Source of the DNA: Nemertoderma westbladi | Lineage: Eukaryota; Animalia; Xenacoelomorpha | DNA: 40,581 bases | Reading direction: 5' to 3' | NCBI GenBank assembly: GCA_032718475.1 | Contig: JAUCBJ010001903.1 | Coordinates: 1 to 40,581, forward strand | Shown: positions 12,715-23,687 of the stretch, piece after piece | Layout: each line of letters opens with the position of its first letter | Numbering within the stretch: the stretch's first letter is position 1 | Notes under the pieces: model-generated | Seen by the model: the letters and a program-made list of their open reading frames with translations, nothing else | What the model was told of the DNA's origin: nothing | Database searches by the model: none | Made by a program: the position numbers and the translations under genes

Positions 12715-13755
12715 TCCCCACCCTCCACAGATCCACCTGTACCTTCCACTCCATCTTCCCCACCCTCCTCACATCCCCCTGTACTTCTCACCCTGTCTCC
12801 CACACCCTCCACAGATCCTCCTGTACTTCTCACTCTGTCTCCCACACCCTCCACAGATCCTCCTGTACTTCTCACCCTGTCTCCCACACCCTCCACAGAT
12901 CCTCCTGTACTTCCCACTCCGTCTCCCACACCCTCCACAGATCCTCCTGTACTTCCCACTCCATCTTCCCCACCCTCCTCACATCCCCCTGTACTTCTCA
13001 CCCTGTCTCCCACACCCTCCACAGATCCTCCTGTACTTCTCACCCTGCCTCCTACCTACACCTTCCACAGATCCTCCTGTACTTCTCACCCTGTCTCCCA
13101 CACCCTCCACAGATCCTCCTGTACTTCTCACTCTGTCTCCCACGCCCTCCACAGATCCTCCTGTACTTCTCACCCTGTCTCCCACACCCTCCACAGATCC
13201 TCCTGTACTTCCCACTCCGTCTCCCACACCCTCCACAGATCCTCCTGTACTTCTCACCCTGTCTCCCACACCCTCCATAGATCCTCCTGTACTTCTCACC
13301 CTGCCTCCTACCTACACCTTCCACAGATCCTCCTGTACTTCTCACCCTGCCTCCCACACCCTCCACAGATTCTCCTGTACTTCCCATTCCGTCTCCCACA
13401 CCCTCCATAGATCCTCCCATACCTCCCACTCCGTCTCCCACACCCTCCACAGATCCTCCTGTACTTCTCACCCTGTCTCCCACACCCTCCGCAGATCATC
13501 CTGTACCTCTCACCCTGTCTCCCACACCCTCCACAGATTCTCCTGTACTTCTCACCCTGTCTCCCACACCCTCCACAGATCCTCCTGTACTTCCCACTCC
13601 GTCTCCCACACCCTCCACAGATCCTCCTGTATTTCCCACTCCGTCTCCCACACCCTCCACAGATCCTCCTGTACTTTTCACGCTGTCTCCCACACCCTCC
13701 ACAGATCCTCCTGTACTTTTCACCGTGTCTCCCACACCCTCCACAGATCCTCCCA
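12715..13755. repeat. 42-bp tandem array (TCCACAGATCCTCCTGTACTTCTCACCCTGTCTCCCACACCC), ~25 units
   Basis: Directly visible; 14-aa periodicity in the ORFs. Confidence 0.95.
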
Positions 13756-13759
13756 TTCT

Positions 13760-14035
13760 CCTCTCGCACCTCTACCTACTGCTCTCGCACTAACTACTCA
13801 TCTCGCTCCTCCAACTGCTCCCCTTCCACATCTACCTTTTCCCCTCGCACCTCCAACTGCTCCACTTGCACCTCTACCTTTTCCCCTCGCACCTCCAACT
13901 GCTCCTCTTGCACCTCTACCTTTTCCCCTCGCACCTCCAAGTGCTCCCCTTGCACCTCTACCTTTTACCCTCACACCTCCAACTGCTCCCCTTGCACCTC
14001 GATTTTCTTCCCTCCCACCTCTAACTGCTCCCCCC
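13760..14035. repeat. Second 42-bp (2x21) tandem array (GCACCTCTACCTTTTCCCCTCGCACCTCCAACTGCTCCCCTT)
   Basis: Directly visible; encodes ARGAVGGARGKGRG on the minus strand. Confidence 0.9.
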
Positions 14036-15599
14036 ACGGAGCTCCCTCTCCCAATCGCAGAAGATAGATCTAAGATGGACCGCATTCCATATAAGACAGA
14101 TCAGTATTATTAGTCCTAATTTTATTTACTATCAGTATATTGATACCGGAACGGCAAGCTGATGTCTAATAAGTAATGAAATGTGGTCTCTATTCTATAC
14201 CGTAGTCACATAGTGTCTGTATCAGTGTCTTATAACTGCTTCTGGTTAGGATTAGTTTGTTTAGTAGTCAATAGTAAACTCTATGCACTGCGCAGATCTG
14301 TGATCCAATAACTTCGAATCAAACGCAATAAAGAGGCAGCACTGATACTGTTACCGCGGTACTACTGTAGGTTGGTAAGTACCAATTCACAGTTAATACT
14401 GCTGTTCTGTGTGCATGACCTACAGTCTTATCAATATTATAAAGTCTGCACTACTAAAGTGTTACAGGTGAGACATGTCCCATTCTGTAGCCCAAAATTA
14501 TTCGATTTACATGTTACATGTGGGACGTCCCGCCTTGTAACGATTTTTTGTGTTACAGGCTTTTGTTACAGGTGGGACAAAGCTCATGCTAATAAATGTA
14601 AAAGCAACTAAAGTCTAATCCATAGTCAATTGTTGCCACAAATGATTACTCACGCAAAAGACCAAGAACTTAGCTATCTTCTGATACTTGAATCTTCATA
14701 TCAAGTTTGTTAGAACTGATTCTAGAGCATGGTAAAGTAGTGCACTTGGTGTTACACATGGGACAATCCTAATTGACATAATCGACTCGCACGTATAAAA
14801 CCAGCCATATCTCCGGTTGTGTTTAGTATTTTTTCGTAAAATCTGGAACATTCCACTTCTTGAAGATTTTCCTTTCAAATAAGAATTTAGTTTATAGAAT
14901 CCAAATAAAAACCTATTGGTGAATTCAGTTGTTACCGTTTGGGACAAGTAATTGTCAAAAATAGGGGTATATTATCTATTGTTTTATTTAAATATGATAT
15001 CAATAAAACAACTTGGGAGTTATTCAATTGCATTCCTCTATTATTTAGCTTTAAAATGATCTATAACTTGTTGAAATACACCCAGTAGATGTCAAAATAC
15101 ATCCCCCACAATGCAATGAACTTTTTTGGACAATTGAAAAACCTGCATTTTTTAGTACTAAAAGGTCTGTAAAATCTTTCAAAGTCGGAGTGGCAGTATG
15201 ATTTTTTGTGCATCTGTTGGACCATAAAATTATCTTCAAAAATATATATAACTTTACTAGGTTCCAAAAAAAATTTCATTCTAAAATTAAGTCGAATCGT
15301 GTGGGAAACGTTTTTGGCCACTTTTTGTGAGTTTGGGCCAACAACATTGTTTGCTTTATAGGCGTTTGAATTAATTAATATCCTAGCCACTAACCATTTG
15401 TTGTTAGTTATCCTGTCGCCACCCAAACAAATCCTCACACCACCACTGTTCATTCAACCTATCCGCAATAAGTAATATTTGTTAAACATATTGGTATTTG
15501 AGTTTACAACTGACCTTGTTGTTCCATCAACAACTCCTTTTTAACATCCTCACTTATTGAATTCTGTTATTTCTATGACCTTCACTCACAGGCACCGAC

Positions 15600-15895
15600 A
15601 CCAATTAATATTACATTAACATTCCCTCCTGGTATGTGTAAAGAATTATATATTTGCGCTAATGGGGACCTCGCCCGGCCCCGGCTGCTGTGGTTACTTA
15701 GTGTAGTTTATGCGATAAGTGGAATCTTTTATTGTCAGGGCCTTCAAATATTTGTGATGGGATTGTACTGAGTATTCCACAAAATTTTTATAATTTTCCT
15801 TGGGCACAGCTTAGAAATTTGTCATAGACGTCGAGGTGGGGTCGAACTGGTGACTTCCAGCTTGGAATTCTGCCGCTCTATCTATTCAGCTAGCG
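15600..15895 (-). mobile_element. tRNA-derived SINE-like element (3' boundary uncertain)
   Basis: Minus strand reads TAGCTGAATAGATAGAGCGGCAGAATTCCAAGCTGGAAGTCACCAGTTCGACCCC, with tRNA-like A and B boxes but no intact cloverleaf. Confidence 0.5.
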
Positions 15896-15961
15896 GCTCA
15901 GGTAAAGGTAGATCTGCAAATACTCTGATACCTGGTATGTCCGCAATTTCCGTCCTCATGG

Positions 15962-16093
15962 CCTCTGTGCCTCTGTGCCAATGTGCTCACTCCTACTGTT
16001 ACTCTGTGCCACTGCGCTCAATCCTACTGTTCCTCTGTGCCACTGCGCTCAATCCTACTGTTCCTCTGTGCCACTGCGCTCAATCCTACTGTT
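15962..16093. repeat. 31-bp minisatellite, ~4 units (CTCTGTGCCACTGCGCTCAATCCTACTGTTC)
   Basis: Directly visible. Confidence 0.9.
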
Positions 16094-16361
16094 ATACTTT
16101 ACCGTCCGTGTGATTTACAATGAAAGGGTAGTGGTAGTGTACCTGTACAGTATGAGGAACATTAATCATGAACTATCAAGGCCACTTAAATTAATAATAC
16201 ACTACACACTCTACGAATTTTTCGCGTTTTCGATTTTCAATAACTTGGATCTTGGTTTTGTTTCAACATAAACTTTACCCTTGGTTGAGGTTGTTTTTTG
16301 GAGTAAAATATTGACCAACATTGCTTGCCTGGTACTCATTCAGTAATATTTAATTATAGTC

Positions 16362-19300
16362 GTACCACTAGGTACAACAACGCCACAAAAATACCACCGT
16401 TGTTGAACAGGTACTAGGTACAACAACGCCACTGACGCACCGTTGTTAAACCGGTAGGCCTATGTACCACTAGGTACAACAACGCCACTGACGCACCGTT
16501 GTTGAACCGGTAGGCCTATGTACCACTAGGTACAACAACGCCACTGACGCACCGTTGTTGAACCGGTAGGCCTATGTACCACTAGGTACAACAACGCCAC
16601 AACTAACAATGGCACCGTTGTTGAACCGGTAGGCCTATGTACCACTAGGTACAACAACGCCACAACTAACAATGGCACCGTTGTTGAACCGGTAGGCCTA
16701 TGTACCACTAGGTACAACAACGCCACTGACGCACCGTTGTTGAACCGGTAGGCCTATGTACCACTAGGTACAACAACGCCACTGACGCACCGTTGTTGAA
16801 CCGGTAGGCCTATGTACCACTAGGTACAACAACGCCACTGACGCACCGTTGTTGAACCGGTAGGCCTATGTACCACTAGGTACAACAACGCCACTGACGC
16901 ACCGTTGTTGAACCGGTAGGCCTATGTACCACAAGGTACAACAACGCCACTGACGCACCGTTGTTGAACCGGTAGGTCTATGTACCATTAGGTACAACAA
17001 CGCCACAACTAACAATGGCACCGTTGTTGAACCGGTAGGCCTATGTACCACTAGGTACAACAACGCCACTGACGCACCGTTGTTGAACCGGTAGGCCTAT
17101 GTACCACTAGGTACAACAACGCCACTGACGCACCGTTGTTGAACCGGTAGGCCTATGTACCACTAGGTACAACAACGCCACTGACGCACCGTTGTTGAAG
17201 CGGTAGGCCTATGTACCACTAGGTACAACAACGCCACTGACGCACCGTTGTTGAACCGGTAGGTCTATGTACCATTAGGTACAACAACGCCACAACTAAC
17301 AATGGCACCGTTGTTGAACCGGTAGGCCTATGTACCACTAGGTACAACAACGCCACTGACGCACCGTTGTTGAACCGGTAGGCCTATGTACCACTAGGTA
17401 CAACAACGCCACTGACGCACCGTTGTTGAACCGGTTGGCCTATGTACCACTAGGTACAACAACGCCACTGACGCACCGTTGTTGAACCGGTAGGCCTATG
17501 TACCACTAGGTACAACAACGCCACTGACGCACCGTTGTTGAACCGGTAGGCCTATGTACCACTAGGTACAACAACGCCACTGATGCACCGTTGTTGAACC
17601 GGTAGGCCTATGTACCACTAGGTACAACAACGCCACAACTAACAATGGCACCATTGTTGAACCGGTACTAGGTACAACAACGCCACTGACGCACCGTTGT
17701 TGAACCGGTATGTACCACTAGGTACAACAACGCCACTGACTGACGCACCGTTGTTGAACCGGTATGTACCACTAGGTACAACAACGCCACTGACACACCG
17801 TTGTTGAACCGGTGTCCGGTATGTACCACTAGGTACAACAACGCCACTGACTGACGCACCGTTGTTGAACCGGTATGTACCACAGGTACAACAACGCCAC
17901 TGCCGCCCCGTTGTTGAACCGGTATGTACCACAGGTACAACAACGCCACTGACGCACCGTTGTTGAACCGGTATGTACCACAGGTACAACAACGCCACTG
18001 ACGCACCGTTGTTGAACCGGTATGTACCACTAGGTACAACAACGCCACTGACTGACGCACCGTTGTTGAACTGGTATGTACCACTAGGTACAACAACGCC
18101 ACTGACGCACCGTTGCTGAACCGGTAGGCCTATGTACCACTAGGTACAACAACGCCACTGACGCACCGTTGTTGAACCGGTAGGCCTATGTACCACTAGG
18201 TACAACAACGCCACTGACGCACCGTTGTTGAACCGGTAGGCCTATGTACCACTAGGTACAACAACGCCACTGACGCACCGTTGTTGAACCGGTAGGCCTA
18301 TGTACCGCTACGTACAACAACGCCACTGACGCACCGTTGTTGAACCGGTAGGCCTATGTACCACTAGGTACAACAACGCCACTGACGCACCGTTGTTGAA
18401 CCGGTATGTACCACTAGGTACAACAACGCCACTGACTGACGCACCGTTGTTGAACCGGTATGTACCACTAGGTACAACAACGCCACTGACACACCGTTGT
18501 TGAACCGGTATGTACCACTAGGTACAACAACGCCACAACTAACAATGGCACCGTTGTTGAACCGGTAGGCCTATGTACCACTAGGTACAACAACGCCACT
18601 GACGCACCGTTGTTGAACCAGTAGGCCTATGTACCACTAGGTACAACAACGCCACTGACGTACCGTTGTTGAACCGGTAGGCCTATGTACCGCTACGTAC
18701 AACAACGCCACTGACGCACCGTTGTTAAACCGGTAGGCCTATGTACCACTAGGTACAACAACGCCACTGACGCACAGTTGTTGAACCGGTATGTACCACA
18801 GGTACAACAACGCCACTGACGCACCGTTGTTGAACCGGTATGTACCACTAGGTACAACAACGCCACTGACTGACGCACCGTTGTTGAACCGGTATGTACC
18901 ACTAGGTACAACAACGCCACTGACACACCGTTGTTGAACCGGTATGTACCACTAGGTACAACAACGCCACAACTAACAATGGCACCGTTGTTGAACCGGT
19001 AGGCCTATGTACCACTAGGTACAACAACGCCACTGACGCACCGTTGTTGAACCAGTAGGCCTATGTACCACTAGGTACAACAACGCCACTGACGTACCGT
19101 TGTTGAACCGGTAGGCCTATGTACCGCTACGTACAACAACGCCACTGACGCACCGTTGTTGAACCGGTAGGCCTATGTACCACTAGGTACAACAACGCCA
19201 CTGACGCACCGTTGTTGAACCGGTAGGCCTATGTACCACTAGGTACAACAACGCCACTGACGCACCGTTGTTGAACCGGTAGGCCTATGTACCACTAGGT

Positions 19301-19520
19301 ACAACAACGCCACTGACGCACAGTTGTTGAACCGGTATGTACCACAGGTACAACAACGCCACTGACGCACCGTTGTTGAACCGGTATGTACCACTAGGTA
19401 CAACAACGCCACTGACTGACGCACCGTTGTTGAACCGGTATGTACCACTAGGTACAACAACGCCACTGACACACCGTTGTTGAACCGGTATGTACCACTA
19501 GGTACAACAACGCCACTGAC
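16362..19520. repeat. 56-bp satellite (variants ~48-64 bp) rich in palindromes, ~55-60 units, with higher-order blocks
   Basis: Unit GTACCACTAGGTACAACAACGCCACTGACGCACCGTTGTTGAACCGGTAGGCCTAT; CAACAACG/CGTTGTTG inverted pair in every unit. Confidence 0.97.
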
Positions 19521-20207
19521 CCACCGCAAAATCACAAACGATTTACATAGCACATTATTGCCTTAATGCAATGTTTCCAATGGATTCCAAAGCAATCTTT
19601 TAGTATCTTGGAATTGTTTTCTTCCCTTCGGGCATTTTATTTTACTTCCCTCGTTGCAAGGAAACTCATCCATTAGCGATTGATTGATATACCGTGAATA
19701 TTTATTGTAACCTGGGCCGTAGTGGGGGGCAATAACGGTAGATTAGCTGTCATAAATCCTATTTCCACAATTTCCTATTTCGTAGTTGAGTTATGAATTA
19801 CTGTTCTGTAAGTAATGTGCTTGTCATCACACAACCATCACATCACCCACGACAGTGCGAACTTCCGAACAACAGTATACTTATTGTTCCTTTATATATT
19901 AAGTTTACGTGGAACAAACTTTATATTTAATGCTATCATTAGTTGCCTCAAACAGTTTTCGTATTTATTCTTCTGTATCCTTTGTAGTGAAGTGTCTTAA
20001 ATCTTTTATCTAACCAATAATCGGCAATTCTTATTTTACAACCTAAACAAGTGAAACAATCATATAGTAATACATGGAGGTGGAGGTTGTGTATGTTGCA
20101 GACAATATATTGTTTTCTTGGATTTCTTCTTTATAAATAACCATTGATTTGCTTTGTTGATTAGTATTTAACGGTTGATTTATTCAGCCAATTCCTTTTA
20201 TCCACTA

Positions 20208-21204
<997 letters not shown>

Positions 21205-21279
21205 TAGTCACTTTATTCTACATTAAATTCGTATTTCCTGCTGTAATTAGGTTTAAAGTGATGTATGTTATGCACATCG

Positions 21280-21350
21280 GTTTATTTCACTATAATGCTG
21301 TTTATTTCACTATAATACTGTTTATTTCACTATAATACTGTTTATTTTAC
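21280..21350. repeat. 20-bp tandem repeat, ~3.5 units (TTTATTTCACTATAATACTG)
   Basis: Directly visible. Confidence 0.85.
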
Positions 21351-21391
21351 TCAAGTGCACCTAATTTTAATGCATTTGACCAGTTCAAACA

Positions 21392-21801
21392 CTCTCTATC
21401 ATGCTAACTATTTTATTTTCCAGTTTACCATACCGTTTAGCATACTCTTCTCTCTATCATGCTAACTATTTTATTTTCCAGTTTACCATACCGTTTAGCA
21501 TACTCTTCTCTCTATCATGCTAACTATTTTATTTTCCAGTTTACCATACAGTTTAGCATACTCTTCTCTCTATCATGCTAACTATTTTATTTTCCAGTTT
21601 ACCATACCGTTTAGCATACTCTTCTCTCTATCATGCTAACTATTTTATTTTCCAGTTTACCATACCGTTTAGCATACTCTTCTCTCTATCATGCTAACTA
21701 TTTTATTTTCCAGTTTACCATACCGTTTAGCATACTCTTCTCTCTATCATGCTAACTATTTTATTTTCCAGTTTACCATACCGTTTAGCATACTCTTCTC
21801 T
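21392..21801 (+). repeat. 58-bp tandem array, 7 units, each containing a consensus-like 3' splice site
   Basis: Unit contains TGCTAACTATTTTATTTTCCAG|TTTACC. Confidence 0.95.
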
Positions 21802-22698
21802 AAGTAAGAATTTAGTTTTAACTTTTAGGAAATTTATAACTTAGGAACCAAATATATTTGCCTCTGGTATAAAATTAAAACCTAAAACATTCAGTATGAC
21901 TCGAGATCTTCTAGTACCATACAGTAGTAAAGTACCAATAACAAAACAAATAAGTCTTCAAAACTAATATTATTAAATAAATATAATTGATTATCGTTAA
22001 GTTACATCCTAACTCTTTGTGGCCATTAACATAAATAGTTACAATGCCTCTATCTCTATTTTCTGTCGTAGAAAGTGGATACCATTCAAATAAGCAAATT
22101 CTACGTGAATTGATACATTTTACGTATTAAATTCAATGTAATGAAGAGAAGATTTCTATGGACCAATTATTTATAATATCGTGACCATAGAGAGAGAACA
22201 ACAAACACCAAAAAGTACAGTTTCGAGAGAAACTCAAAAACTAAATGATTTGTCCCACCAGTGTAGATCCCGTCTCCTGAAACTAAATGAATTGTCCCAC
22301 CAGTGTAGATCCCGTCTCCTGATTTTTTGCACAGAGGTGGAAATATACTATGAGCAATTTTAATTTTAATTATTTAATTTAAAAAAAAACGTTTTTTTTT
22401 GGGTTAATTTTCCGAGAAGCAGAAAAACATATTGAAAATTAACATTACTCTTTAGTTACGTTTTGTCGGGATTTTGTTAGAGAGATATATAGAACAAACA
22501 ACATAATTTCCATGACTTGTGTGTGGGTTGAGTTGTTTTACCTCTGATAATTTATAACTTTAATGTTGTCTGGGTTATTCTGATTCTCATATTATCCCAA
22601 TATCTTGTAAATGGACCAATATAGGGTTCTAGGGTTGAACATTGATGCGTAACGCCATCTTGCGTCATTTACATTACATCTTCTTCATTCCCCAACAG

Positions 22699-22866
22699 GA
22701 ATTACCTGCATAGAGTTGGCTGAACGCAACCCCCCTTTGTTTAACATGCACTCAATGTCTGCCCTGTATCACATCGCACAAAACGACCCACCTTCACTGA
22801 AGTACCTGGATCAATGGTCGGATAGATTCGTCAACTTCGTAGTATCCTGTTTGATGAAAGAACCCA
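22699..22866 (+). CDS. TAOK: TAO kinase coding exon 5 ([34 protein letters not shown]...SCLMKEP)
   Basis: Acceptor CCCAACAG, TAO-typical [26 protein letters not shown], donor A|GTGAGT, phase 1. Confidence 0.97.
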
Positions 22867-23041
22867 GTGAGTATAACCCACGTAGTTAAGTAATTTATCA
22901 CTTTATTTGACCAATATGAGTCGATTTACTAAGTAAGATACAAGAATTCGTTAAAATAGTATGAATGTTGTACCGGTATTATGAGAATAATTAGAATATA
23001 TAATATTAAGTAAATCTGCATAACCTTTTGTCCATTAACAG

Positions 23042-23181
23042 ATAAGCGCCCTACAACGGATGAATTATTGCTCACTCCTTTTATAACCCATCCGCGGTCT
23101 AGCACAGTGATACTGGAACTGATAGAGCGCACAAAGAATTCAGTCAGGGATCTAGATAACTTAAATTATAGGAAAGCCCAG
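23042..23181 (+). CDS. TAOK: TAO kinase coding exon 6 (NKRPTTDELLLTPFITHPRSSTVILELIERTKNSVRDLDNLNYRKAQ)
   Basis: Acceptor TTAACAG, end of the kinase domain and the TAO motif RTK..VR.LDNL.YRK, donor CAG|GTTGGT, phase 0. Confidence 0.95.
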
Positions 23182-23274
23182 GTTGGTCAACATTTATTTT
23201 AGGAAGCCACTGGTTTTTAAATTAAATTTAGGAAAGCCCAGGACGTGACTACAAGTTAACTGTATGGTTTATTT

Positions 23275-23631
23275 TAGTGTTTAAACGGTATCAGACTTCG
23301 AGATTTTCGGGATCGGGACCGGGATTATAACTTTCCGGATCCCTTTGGATTAAATTTCTTAAAGTTATTTATGGCGGGTTTTGGGTTACACCCACTTTAT
23401 CTTACACTTCTGAATTATAAGTAAAATAAAGTTCTATTAAAATTATTTTGCAATTGATTACCGGATTGTTTTCTGACATAAAAATCCCATCTAATCAAAA
23501 CATTTCCGTTCTCCTGGAACTATTTATCAAATATTCAACAAATTTACTTCACTATACTTCAGGAACCCGGTCAAAAAAAAAAAATTTAGCAGGGACCCTG
23601 CTTTCGGGATCGGGATCCCGTTTAAACGCTA
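23275..23631. mobile_element. hAT-like MITE
   Basis: TIRs TAGTGTTTAAACGGTATC / GATCCCGTTTAAACGCTA. 8-bp flanks GTTTATTT and ATTTATTT (7/8 match). TTCGGGATCGGGA subterminal repeats. Confidence 0.8.
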
Positions 23632-23687
23632 ATTTATTTCAGTACGTGATAGTCAAAATTGTATATATTCCATATGGCACTCTGGCT

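Larger units (their letters stand above)
12509..14085 (-). pseudogene. Frameshifted ORF: RGG/GAR-rich repeats, then Gly/Val/Glu 14-aa repeats, ending ...GGDETDEQFKGFD*
   Basis: Two adjacent 42-bp arrays keep frame on the minus strand. The non-repetitive tail also reads open to a TAA at 12509-12511. Breaks occur at 13798 (stop), ~13760, two 43-bp variant units (~13050, ~13310) and a poly-C tract (~12660). Confidence 0.5.
11918..15339. mobile_element. Unclassified ~3.4-kb TIR DNA transposon (GG...CC ends, 4-bp TSD AACA) carrying a decayed repeat-protein ORF
   Basis: Left GGCTCAAAATCACAAAAAGTGGCCAAAAA versus right TTTTTGGCCACTTTTTGTGAGTTTGGGCC. AACA at 11914-11917 and 15340-15343. Inner inverted motifs TGTCCCAC..TGTAAC (12109-12197) versus GTTACAGGTGGGACA (14460-14580). 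Confidence 0.75.

Noticed and set aside
15830-15895. tRNA genes here and at 3670 and 35935
   Set aside because: A/B boxes are present but there is no convincing cloverleaf; better explained as SINE heads.
16362-19520. CRISPR-like array (palindromic repeats with variable loops)
   Set aside because: No unique spacers, only a few recurring variants; no cas genes; located in a eukaryotic intron.
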